A stretch of 64,000 nucleotides of DNA from Lepidodermella squamata. Its lineage: Eukaryota > Animalia > Gastrotricha. Position numbers and translations under genes: made by a program. The notes below the pieces were generated by a model that searched no databases, had not been told where the DNA came from, and worked only from the letters and a program-made list of their open reading frames with translations. The stretch lies in NCBI GenBank assembly GCA_047495785.1, contig JBLDXI010000042.1, forward strand, positions 4,402,001 through 4,466,000, written 5' to 3'. The number at the start of each line of letters is the position of its first letter. Within the stretch, counting starts at the first letter, position 1. Below are positions 1 through 10,779 of this stretch, piece after piece.

Positions 1-652
1 TTCCACAAGGGGCTGAAAACGATTCTGTCGAAAAACAGGGTTCTACAATTTTTGATGATTCACCAGTCGATTTCAGACTTAATTTAGGGTAATTTTCGGT
101 AATTTCCAGGAATTTCTCCGAATCTATTCTCATTGGAAACTGGCAACGGTCCTAGGTTATTAGCATTTCTATAAGCTTTTGGCCATATGTTTTGATTCGA
201 CGTTTTGTTATGGGAATTTTGCTCCATTTTTCAGTACTCACTCCGAGCTCACTTTTGGGACGCTGTATATCTTTACCCCCTCGCCTAGCAATGGTTTGTA
301 GGCATACGTTGGTTGCTTGTTGCGCTTGCAAACGGTAGCCCACTTGAGGAGGGAGTGGAAGCTTGGTCACTTCAGACATTCGCCAAAGATCCTGAAAGAT
401 CCTAGGTTCACATTTCATGTGAACGCACAGTTGAACCCAGCTTAAAGTTATCCGTGCCATAATCGCAGCCAAAATGTAAGGGGTTGGTTGAATTGCAGGA
501 GCACCCAGGTTGCCACTCTCTTTTGGAAATTCTTGACTGATCAAGAAGGTTCCAAATAAAAGGTTCCAAAGAAAAGGTTCCCAAGATGGCATCCGTTCTG
601 TCTTTTACATTTTGGCACGATTAATTCATTTTTTGTGTGTTTGTTCCAATAG

Positions 653-1347
653 GAAACTTCCTTGACATGCTGACGCTCATAAACGCTGGTGTTAACTTTG
701 TGCTGTTCGCTTCAATGAGTTCCGAGTTCCGCGCGGCCCTGAACAAGCAGCTCAGTTCGTGGTGCCACTGCTACGCTCAGATGCTAGAGAAAAAGCAACA
801 GGAACACCAGCAGTTGCAACAGCAGCCCAACAAGCAACGCCCACAGGCCGCTGCATCAAATCCTGCTCCAACACTAGTCGTCGTAGCTACACCAGACTCA
901 ACCCTACTCACCCCGGCTAAAAACGGCCATGTCAACCATGGCATTCAGAAATCATCGTCAAAAAGCGTCGCACTTAATAGCCTAGATACAGCAGAAAAAT
1001 CAGATGCGGAAAGTTGTGTAGCCCTATTGAGCCCGTGTCAAAATAACGGAGATTGCAATCATAAGATGACTATGACTGAGGCAGGAGAAAGGAGTGAAAG
1101 CGAGAGCCCGTGCCATACGGCTGACTGCCAGCATGTTGTAAAACGAGAGCCTAGCATAGATCAAATAGCTGAGAACAGCTCGCCTGTAGTAGACGACATT
1201 GAGCCTACTGTTGATGAGCCGCAATTGGCTACAGGCAAGCAGTTTTCGATACTAGCGAACAGGGCCAAGTCCCAGGCTAGCAATCGGCGAGAATTAGCCA
1301 CCAAATTGATCCCCCTCCTCGCCAAAGAACAGGAGCAATTTGTATGA
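653..1347 (+). CDS. Terminal exon of a rhodopsin-class peptide GPCR (TM7, helix 8, long tail); upstream exons outside the window
   Basis: Acceptor ttccaatAG at 651-652. GNFLDMLTLINAGVNFVLFASMSSEFRAAL resembles TM7/helix 8 of invertebrate myosuppressin/sex-peptide/FMRFamide-type receptors; stop at 1345-1347. Confidence 0.8.
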
Positions 1348-2055
1348 AATCAAGGAGTCCCCGATACCTCAAGTCTTAGCCTTATGAACCACAAATTTCG
1401 ACATATCTTCCTGTTAATGTATTCTCTCGAAATTTCGGACCATTTCTACGTGAATATAACCCACATTTTCTTATGAGCAGCGATCGATTTTTAACCGCTT
1501 TTCTACTCTTCTCATCTTTGTGTTGTTGTTTCGGCGAAAGAGACATGTTTCTACTTTATCGTGATTTCTAGTTGTTTTCGACAGATAACGAGCGCAACTT
1601 GATGATGTAAACAGACTTTGTCCGGTATTTTTTAGAATCAAAAAGCAGAGCGACTTTCTTACTTGTTATGAAATGATGGCTAAAAAAAATAAACTTCGAA
1701 CTGCATCTTGGTCATTGCGTGGCTTGTTTGTTTCACAATTTGCTGCTAATTCCAGGTCGAACAACACAATAAGTTGCAAGTCGATGATCGCAGACGTGTG
1801 GGGCAAAGTGGTGGGGACTCACGCATATATCAATAATTGATAGCAATAACACATGGCGGCGACCTTTTGCTGTGAGGGTCCATATATTTCGTAAAAGTAA
1901 CGCGTGACTGCGCGCGGGTGGGTACCATTCCGCATTGAACTTTTTAAATCAATAAAATACACTAATGGACTGTGTTAAGTACAGACACTGCCGCACTCTC
2001 GTTTGCAAGTGTCAAAAGCGCTATTTAAGCTTGCTGTATTGGAAGACATCCGAAA

Positions 2056-2465
2056 ATGCTTTTGGGCGGAATTCTACTAATCTTTTCGTTCAGCTGCATC
2101 GCTGAGGCAGAAAGAAAATCGTCTAGTCTCAAGCATAGTCAGCTAACGCAATACCTCCGAGAACTGGCGCCATCTCCCGCAGAAGGTAGAACTCTCCTTC
2201 CCTTGTCAGACATATTATATCATTCACATTCTATTTCAATGAAACAGGCCGTTTAAATGAGACAGCACCACAGTTTCAATTTACTATGAACTTCATGAAC
2301 CGGATGATGCGTGAGTTGCGCTTGAAAAAGTGTCGTGAAATGGTTGGCACAATGTGCGACAAGAAAATGGGCCAAGGTTCCTTTTACATCTGGGCTAAGC
2401 GACTCGCTAGCGATGTCATGGCTGGAAAATACGATAAAGCTTTATTTCCCATAAGTCGACAGTAA
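2056..2465 (+). CDS. Small secreted protein / putative neuropeptide precursor, 115 aa, exons 2056-2185 and 2248-2465
   Basis: TATA-like tatttaa about 30 nt upstream; signal peptide MLLGGILLIFSFSCIAEA; 62-nt GT-AG intron joins in frame to GRLNETAPQFQFTMNFMNRMMRELRLKKCREMVGTMCDKKMGQGSFYIWAKRLASDVMAGKYDKALFPISRQ*; dibasic sites RK, KK, KK, KR. Confidence 0.65.
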
Positions 2466-3231
2466 TTCTTATAGCCAGTTTTTTTGATCCAACAGAGGAA
2501 TTGTTGTTCTGTGTTGTCGTACCCTACGCTTCAAAAGGTAGCGCTAGGCCTAATAAATTTTTTGCTGCAAGGAACAGTTTTTTTTCTTATGCTTGGATTC
2601 CAAACTATGCCCGATTGTCTGCATGATGTGTATGATTCTTCGCGTTTCTTCTATTCCAAGGTGAAACTCCGCAGAATTCGCACTGTTATTCAAAACAGAT
2701 AACGATGCTCTAAACGTTAAGAAAAACAAGATGTGACGTTTAGCTCTTTCTCGGCATCTAATTCCGTGCTCACATGAACAAATCTTGATCAATGTTAGCC
2801 AGCTGGATTGGAAGGCTCTTCTGTTATAAGTGCAAAAAAATTGATCTCGGTCACGTTATATATTGGTACCAATCATGAGTGTCGGAATGATTGCCTCAAA
2901 AAAAGCCGCCTAGGGATCACCAAATGGTAAAATTTCATGAATTATATTGCTGTTTCTCCATTTCTTTCTCACTGAACACGTATCGATTTTGCGTTAGCAG
3001 AGAATAAAAAATGCGATAAACGCGCCCCGCTGGGTTTTGTATTTTGGCATTAATATACCCAATTCACGCATCCTTCTTTCTGCGGTCATGTCAACGACTA
3101 TGTAGTCGATAGGCGTATAATAGGCTTGAAAAATCAGTTTTGATTCATTAACGAACAGATGCTCAACGATTTAATGGCTCTTCCAACATTTTTCTTCTCT
3201 CAACTTACAGCGGAAAGCCTCTGTTGGTAAA

Positions 3232-4635
3232 ATGTATCCTGAAGCTTTCATGCTGTTGTTACTACTGCCAACACTAATTCAAAGCTCCCTGCAACAAGTG
3301 GCTATTCCTAGCAACTGGATTTCAGTCGATGGAGACTTCGAAAGATCTCGCTATAAAGCAGAAACACTGGGCGAGATCACAGGAGTCCGAATTAAGTGGA
3401 GAGCTCAACCGGTTCCCAATCTTCAAGGCAATAAATTGCTCATCTACCAGTCTCACGTTTACTACATATCCCTCAACGGAAGTGTTTTCATTCTAAACTC
3501 GAAAACTGGATCGTTGTCGCAAAGGCTTGATTTGAGCTCACGGAGTTACCAGTATCTTTCTGCAATAATTGTTCCGCATCGCTCGCTCCTCATATGTGCA
3601 TTTTCAATATATCCAAGAGCTGAAATTTATGCCGTTGATTTGGCTGGAGTTAAGGCGAAACTAAAATGGGCCGTTGCTTTGAATGCGACTATAACAGATA
3701 TAGTGGCGAGCGCATACCGTTTGTATGTCGCCAATACAAAATTGATCAAAGACGATGATCTTGCCTTTAATACAGTGAGGAGTTTGCGGATTTACCATCT
3801 AGGAACCGGCGAGTCTTTCCGGAGTGTTGTAGATGAGATCCATTTACCGACGGATCTGGCTTTGCATAGAGATGAGACGAGGTTGGTTGGAATATCAGGA
3901 ACAGCGGATGGCCGAAACTGCAGGGGTCATGTTTTCGACATGTCCGAAACGGAGATCAAGAGGCATTTTTGGGAGGGTGATGCCCGCGATTTTCTGCTGG
4001 CCGGTGACTACCTTATCATTCAAAACAGCGACGGCTCTATGGGAGCTCTTGATCTCGACTCTAATCGCATAAAATGGCGAGCTAAATATCCATGTCAAGG
4101 ATTTTTGGCAAGGGACGATTTGTTCCTGTATGGAGCATGCTGGGTCAACGATGATTTTAATTGGCACTTCCAGAAATACAACCTGACAAATGGTCGATTC
4201 ATCGTTGGGAACCGCTTGGCTGATCTTAAATTGACGAAAAATCCAATCGTTCTCGATGACTACGTTGTAATGCCTGCGAAAAACGGCTTGCTCTTCTTGA
4301 ATAAGACTAACGGGGTCGAGCTCGCAGCTTTCAAGTCCTCGACAGTGGAAGACCTGGGTGATTGGGCCTACTACGACGGCTCGTTTTACACTGTTTCGAA
4401 AAACTTCATCTACGCGTTCAAACCGAAGACAATCTTTTACGCTACAATAATCGAAAGCCAGTCAGTATTGATTACTGATTCGTTGAATGACACAGAATCT
4501 AGCGTACAGGTTGGGCAAAGTGCCGCCATCGTATGTCCAAATGACGGAAATTCGGCTACTTTGGAACATAAGCGAGTGTTGGATGCTTTGGCGGCCGCAA
4601 TGTTAAGTCTTTTCATTGTCTCAATACTTAAATGA
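3232..4635 (+). CDS. Intronless PQQ-like/BamB-type beta-propeller protein with signal peptide and GPI-anchor-like C-terminus
   Basis: 467-aa ORF; N-terminal hydrophobic signal; W-x4-GD-x2-RS-x-Y motif and repeats such as NGSVFILNSKTG, DGSMGALDLDSNRIKW, GLLFLNKTNG; hydrophobic tail ending at the stop; AATAAA at 4645-4650; acceptor AG at 3209-3210. Confidence 0.7.
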   Translation: MYPEAFMLLLLLPTLIQSSLQQVAIPSNWISVDGDFERSRYKAETLGEITGVRIKWRAQPVPNLQGNKLLIYQSHVYYISLNGSVFILNSKTGSLSQRLDLSSRSYQYLSAIIVPHRSLLICAFSIYPRAEIYAVDLAGVKAKLKWAVALNATITDIVASAYRLYVANTKLIKDDDLAFNTVRSLRIYHLGTGESFRSVVDEIHLPTDLALHRDETRLVGISGTADGRNCRGHVFDMSETEIKRHFWEGDARDFLLAGDYLIIQNSDGSMGALDLDSNRIKWRAKYPCQGFLARDDLFLYGACWVNDDFNWHFQKYNLTNGRFIVGNRLADLKLTKNPIVLDDYVVMPAKNGLLFLNKTNGVELAAFKSSTVEDLGDWAYYDGSFYTVSKNFIYAFKPKTIFYATIIESQSVLITDSLNDTESSVQVGQSAAIVCPNDGNSATLEHKRVLDALAAAMLSLFIVSILK

Positions 4636-5071
4636 TGTTTATCGAATAAATTGGTGCAAGGCATATGCATTGTTTTTGTGGCGTTCAATCATGGGCAAAT
4701 TCAAGCGGATAGGGGGTCAATATTTTTTATTCTGTTGAAAATCGAATATCTTCTTGAATCACATGTGCGAAAGCCACAAATTATCACTCGCAACCATATC
4801 GTTGGCCTAGTTTTAAGCCCGAATTATGAAACGTTTCGTTGACAATGATAAGGACGTTTCCTTATCTTTAAGAGGCTAGCAAAGCTCGCTACTCTTTTAT
4901 CGACTATCAGTGAAGTGGAGCTTCATTTCACCCGCCCCTTATGGCTTTATTTGGTTCACTGTCTACCCCCATATTTTCTTCCCAAGTCGCAAAGCTTCCA
5001 AATTTTCTCAGCTCACCTGATATAATTAAGATTTTTCAGCCTTGTTAGCTTTTAGCTAAATTTCTATAGAT

Positions 5072-6025
5072 ATGTTCAAACAAATTGGCGTTGTTGATAT
5101 GGGTCAGGATGACCAAGCGGCGTCCCGTGACATTTTCGACGCCTTCGTCAACGTCGGCTTCTGTTACGTTGTCAATCACGGTGTACCGGACGAAGTTATC
5201 GCAAGCATGGAGAAATTCAGCCACGAATTTTTCGACCTTCCCGACGAAGAGAAGGCAAAGCTATCGAAGAAGCATTTCGTCCCTGAAAACAAGAACGTGT
5301 ACCGAGGCTTCTACCCCGTTCAGCTGAATGCTGACAGTTACAAGGAAGGTTTCGAAATCGGAAACGAAGATTCAACATTCGTGCCGCAGAAGAATCGAGA
5401 CAAGGTCTACTACGAGAAAAACGTATGGCCTGTTACGAGCAACCCTGAATGGGATAAGGCTTTCAAGGAAAACATGGTTAACAACTATCGATCATTGGTC
5501 AAGCTGGGTCTTCGAATCATGCGGCTGCTCGCCATTGCCTTCAAGCTGCCTGAGGATTATTTCGAACCGTTCTTCCGCGAGCACATTTCAACATACCGAC
5601 TGTTGCACTATCCTCTGAATGACAACGTCAACAAGTCGTTCCTTAGCTGTGTTGAGCATTACGACACCGTTGTGCTGACCTTGTTGCATCAGGATAACTT
5701 CGGAGGCCTGCAGGTTCAAAATGACAAGGGCGACTGGATCGATGCTCCTTACATCAAGGGCTCGCTAGTCATCAACATCGGTCGAGCTCTCGAGCAATGG
5801 ACTGGTATGAAGTTGAGAGCTACCAAACATCGTGTTCTGGCAACAAAGGGAGATCGTTATTCGATACCGTTGTTCTTCGAGCCAAATGCAAACGTTGAGA
5901 TCTCTCCGCTACCAGGAAACACGGAAGGGAAACCATTTAAGCCGTTCACTTATGGCGAATTCATGATACCCCACTTCACGAAGTTTTCCGAGTACAAAGA
6001 TCAGTTGGGCCTGTTTCAAGATTAA
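5072..6025 (+). CDS. Intronless 2-oxoglutarate/Fe(II) oxygenase, isopenicillin-N-synthase-like (DIOX_N + 2OG-FeII_Oxy)
   Basis: GFCYVVNHGV, NVWP, HYD...H facial triad (EHYD, KHRV), LTLLHQD, GGLQV and RYS motifs in a 317-aa ORF. Confidence 0.9.
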   Translation: MFKQIGVVDMGQDDQAASRDIFDAFVNVGFCYVVNHGVPDEVIASMEKFSHEFFDLPDEEKAKLSKKHFVPENKNVYRGFYPVQLNADSYKEGFEIGNEDSTFVPQKNRDKVYYEKNVWPVTSNPEWDKAFKENMVNNYRSLVKLGLRIMRLLAIAFKLPEDYFEPFFREHISTYRLLHYPLNDNVNKSFLSCVEHYDTVVLTLLHQDNFGGLQVQNDKGDWIDAPYIKGSLVINIGRALEQWTGMKLRATKHRVLATKGDRYSIPLFFEPNANVEISPLPGNTEGKPFKPFTYGEFMIPHFTKFSEYKDQLGLFQD

Positions 6026-6880
6026 GCTGATTATCCAAAAACGTATAATTGCTTGCAAGTTATTGTTGCTCTAGAGCTGGTATATTGCTTGCTCCAAAAG
6101 CTACCTAGGTATTCTACGCGATTTTAGTTCTCAGTAAAATCATATTATTTTAGGGAGAATTCGAAAGATTGTATGGGCTTGAGGTAGCTGGACCATACCT
6201 CGTTTAATCCTCGGAGAGAGCAAGCCCTTTTCGCGTTTGATTCAGTAGTAAACCGTTTGGTCTTAAGAAGTTTTGGAAACATGCACGTGCAAAATGTCAT
6301 GTAAGCATCACGACTCGCTGCCTTCAGGTCTTTGCGCTCAAGATCGGCTCAAGAACGTACCATCGCAACAAAAAGCATATTGTATGACTTTGATGTGATC
6401 AGAGAGTCCATTGTTGTGGAAATAACTTTCGAACATGAAACAGGGTACTTTTTGAAGTTGGAAAATGAGGAGCAGCAATTCTATCCTTCTCATGTGTTAC
6501 GATGAAATGTTGGCTGGAGTATGCGTAATGTGATTACCACTGAAACCAAGCTGAAACCCACTGAGCCCACTAGTAGTAGAACCCACTACTAACCATGCAA
6601 ATTATTGATTATTTCATTCCAAAAACAGACATTTATGAACCTGAAGTACCCCGTAATAAGCTAGCCCAAAGCTAGAGTAAAATATGTTTGCTAAATCGAT
6701 CCGCTGCGCCTTTTTTCTATGTGCTGTGTACTACCCAAGTTGGTAGTAAAATAAACAGCTAGTACCAGGGCTCTTACCATTGCTAAGCTTTGCACTGGTA
6801 AGAGCACGCGGCGACCAAAAAACGACAGCTAACACGAGCTAATAATAGACAAAAACAATTTAGATTAAAAATTAAGTAAG

Positions 6881-7017
6881 TTATATGACATGAGGTGATT
6901 TCCGACTTCCGAGTCTCGCCAGTTCAGCTCGCGGCAGGTCATTTTCTTGCACCAACTAAAATAATTCGAATAAAATACCAGTTGGAATTGGCAGATCAGC
7001 CAAATCAAAATTCGAAT
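6881..7017 (-). other. Degenerate duplicate of the intron end and first codons of the USF-like terminal exon (possible alternative last exon)
   Basis: 6909-7017 aligns to 8342-8448; acceptor AG retained (6957-6956); reads LVQENDLPRAELARLGSRKSPHVI* (6955-6881). Confidence 0.75.
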
Positions 7018-7818
7018 GCTGATTCAGAACATTGTTGCATTTGGGTAATTTTGGACGCTGATTTTCATGGGAATGTCATTTTATCGACCCTTGGGTCCAA
7101 TTTCGAAAAAATAGGGCATATTTTCCAATTGCCCTTTGGATTTTCGACACGCCTTCAACAACAGTGTTTCCGTCAAAAAAGATCATCAACAAAGACAACA
7201 GATTGAACCGACAAAATGTTTATTTCATCTCCTTCCTTTTCAAGAGTTTCCATTTCGCTCAGCCAAAGCACGGAAAAAATTAGATATCATCATCAGATAC
7301 AAGTATATATAGACAAATAACCGTTTGTAAATATCAACGCTTTGTTTACACGGAATAGTAATAATGGCTTCCATCAACTTCCACACTTCTTCGCAGAATA
7401 TTTGCAACGTAAATATAACGAATTAAAGTAGCAAGAAGTGTAACAGACAATTCACGACGACATTTATCAAAAGTTAACCGAGAAGATCCGCGAGCAAAAA
7501 TTTATTTTTGCCCTCGAAGCTTGTTCATACCTTTCGCTATAACCACAACGCGATTTTTCAGTCGGAAAAACCTGCGAGAATTCGAAAAAAATACGGCAAT
7601 AAAAGCAACAACAACAGTAAGAGTAGAACGATAATTTGGTTTCCAACTATTTACATACAGATTTTCCTTAAACTGTCATAATAACGCCCTGGCCCATTTT
7701 TTATTTACTTGTGTATATAAGAGGTAGAAAAATTACGGCGAATTTTGTTGTTTCACAATCGCCACGTGTTGTGATACGATGAGATGTTTGAGAAATCGGC
7801 GGAAGAAATGCGCCATCA

Positions 7819-10597
7819 TCACGCCGGGTCTTCCCTCGCCCGTTTCAAAACAATAGGCAATTTGGTGGTGATATTGCTGCCGCTATTCGCCGGCTGGTGC
7901 TGTGTTACTACAACGACATGTGGCGAGGGCGAAGACCCGCTCATCATCATCGACGACCCAGGCCGCTTTGCAATTGGCAGCACGAGGGCGACGGGGCCCG
8001 GGCTGCTCCGGGCGATGACGACGGGTGCGGGGGAGGCGGGGTGATTTTTGGGCGATTTCTCATTTTTCACCATGTTATTGTTCTGATGATCGGGCGATGA
8101 CGACGTGGAAGAGGACGTCGCCGGGTGTTGCGTTGGCGAGTTCGCCTGGTCTGAGGAGCTCGCCGGAGATGCGGCCATGGCGGTCGAGGCGACGCGGGAC
8201 AGCATGCGCTGGCGGATGATGCTGTTCGAATCGGACGACTGTTGCTGCTGGTCGCCGACTTGCGCTGAGCTCTCCTGCTCTCCGCCTTCGTCGTCGTCGT
8301 CTGCGGCGACTTCTTGCGCCGCGGCTTGGAGGCTTGTGCCGCCGAGTCGCGCCAGTTCAGCTCGCAGCAGGTCATTTTCTTGTTGCACCAACTGAAATTA
8401 ATAAAATACCAGTTAGAATTAACAGGTCAGCCAAATCGAAATTCGAATAGATTCATTCAGATTTTGCTTAGCTTTTGAGAAAAATTGAAGCAAATAGAAT
8501 AATTTGTTCGGTGAAACACTGAATTATTCTGAACGGGGTATGCACTTGCTTTCAAACTCTCAAATTTTGAGTTTTCAGATCATATAGCGATCGATTTAGT
8601 CTTAAATATTGATGAGTTTAGACTTTTAACGGCAATGTTGAAACCTCAGTAAATTTCAGAATTAATTTGACTAATCAATAATTTGTACACGATTTCTTGA
8701 AAAATCGAAAAAAATCAGTTTAAGGATTACTCTTTCGATCACTTTTCAGCAGCAAAAAATGTTGACATCAAACTCGCTTACGATTACTAGTTTTTATTAA
8801 TGAATGAATCGTCACTTTAAAAATCGAGCAAACTAATATTCACACGATAAATTTTCCGCGATTTTTACGCTATTTATTTTGCTTGTTTTTCACCATCCAC
8901 GTTAGTAATGCAATACACGCGGACAAAACTGGGACGTCTCGGCGATAATTAAAAATCTATTAAAAAATAAGGGACCAGCAAAATGCGCGCAAAGACATTT
9001 TTCATCAATTTCCGGTCATGTTAAAAATATTCTTTCCCAGACACGTCATGTGGAAATATCAGCCTAAGACTGCGCTATATTTGCAGTCTAGCCGTCTAGC
9101 ACGTGACAGGCATATGGCTACTCTCGTACACATAGTACATAGGCACACATCAATAAACGTGATTTAGCCGAGTCTAATCTTTACTGGCATTATGTTCACG
9201 TGCCGCACACGTCACATGACGACGAAAAAATTCCGGAAATTTCTCAAGTCACGTGGCAAAAAAAGCCACTAAGAAACCTGATATTGTCATGACATTTCGT
9301 ATATTTTTGCGATCCACAAGTACTTAAAAATATCACTCTATCTAAAAAATTAAAGAGAATGAAATAAGAACTTGAATAAACAGAAATTTATCGATTAAAT
9401 AAGTATGTCCCCAGGAAGATCGCAAACGTAATTTGGAGAATTAGCCTAGCCATTATTTCAAAATATTAGTTCATTACCAGCTGAATTAATATTATTGCGT
9501 CGTTGTTGGGCGTAATTTTTATGACTTATCACATAGACAACGCATTTTAGTGCGTGAATAATCTAGGTTAATCGCAACTCAGGTGCATTTTTCATGAAAA
9601 TGATGAGGGCTATTGAAATTCATAAATTAAAGCAGCCGAGCGTCCGATTTCAAGCTCTTCAACCTGAATGTTTGACATCGCACTGCATTAATTGATATAT
9701 GAGAGAATTTTCAAAAATTCATCGATAAATTTAGAAATTTTAGAAATGAATGAAATTTACCCCTAGAACTCTTGTCAAGTCATTATGCGCCTTCGAAACT
9801 GCTATCACATAGTCGTAAGTCCGTTGCAGCACATCTGCCTTGCACGACAGGTTACTTGTACTCGCGGGGGGTTGTTCGGGCGGGGCGTTGGGGGCAGGCG
9901 GTAAAATCGCCGACAGCTTCTCAATCCACATGTTAATTTTCTGCCGCCGTCTTTTCTCGACCTCGTTATGGACAGATTTCCGCCGCTGCGCCCGCTCGGT
10001 CGATGTCCCACTCAGGCCAGGACCAGATCCGGTGTGGCCGCCGTCATTAAGGGACGAATCACCGTTATCGTTGTCGCCCATTGGCGATATCGGGGCGACT
10101 ACATTTGCGAGGATCGAGGCAGCAGTTGCGGCTACTGGACCGGCTGAGTCGTTTGAAGACGTTTCTTGGTTCATTCCTCCAGCAGAATTCGACGAGGCTT
10201 GGCCCTTCGACGCAAGCGATAGCATTTGAGATAAAGCAGATTCTTGAGCTAATCGAACCAGGTCGTTCTGATTCATCAACATCAGCAACTGCCCGTTTTG
10301 GCCGTGAATTATGGGTAGAGATAGCCGATTTTGGGGTGTAGTCGACGCAGCAGGAGGAGTTGTAACTAATGAGACATGGCGCTTGTCAGCCGCCGGGTTG
10401 ACAGCTGTTGGAGTTAACAACGCGTTTTTCAGCGTTTTTCTCGGTGGTTCATCGCTCTCTCGGGCTGTTATCGCGCGTTGTAGCATTGCGAGACCGGAAT
10501 TCGTGGGCGGTGGGTTTGAGTTCAAAATTCGAGACAAACTTTCCGAAATATGCACACCATGCTCGGCGGCAGCTTTCGAAATTGAACCGCTGTTCAT
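7819..10597 (-). CDS. USF: USF-like bHLH-leucine zipper transcription factor; exons 10597-9761 and 8391-7819 (a small middle exon cannot be excluded)
   Basis: RRKSVHNEVEKRRRQKINMWIEKLSAILP...KADVLQRTYDYV matches the USF bHLH; phase-0 donor GGG|gtaaat and acceptor tttcag|TTG leading to zipper end QQENDLLRAEL. Confidence 0.75.
9045..9294. promoter_or_regulatory. Intronic cluster of class-B E-boxes (USF/MiT-type)
   Basis: GTCATGTG 9045-9052, CACGTGAC 9100-9107, TCACGTG 9196-9202, GTCACATGAC 9211-9220, GTCACGTGG 9248-9256, palindrome TGTCATGACA 9285-9294. Confidence 0.65.
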
Positions 10598-10779
10598 TCA
10601 ACAATGAAAAACCTAGGTGGATAAATACAAAAATAATTGTAACGATCTTTTAATGCGAAAAATATAAAGGAGAAACGATAGAGTGAGAGAAACCCGCTGC
10701 AAGCAATTTTTTTACCCAAGAATAAGATATTATAACAGTTTCAGATTAGAAAACCCCGGCATCGTTATACAGTGAAAGA

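Noticed and set aside
152-592. 146-aa minus-strand ORF with short AAGGTTCC repeats
   Set aside because: No recognisable motif; lies in the GPCR intron; probably chance or decayed repeat.
2484-2792. Short ORFs on both strands after the peptide gene
   Set aside because: No domain and no coherent splice model.
5072-6025. Calling the oxygenase a true isopenicillin N synthase
   Set aside because: Family motifs only; IPNS-specific context such as WHEDVSLITVLYQ is absent and no beta-lactam genes are nearby.
6328-6504. Open frame after an acceptor-like cttcag
   Set aside because: Under 60 codons, no similarity recognised, no supported upstream exon.
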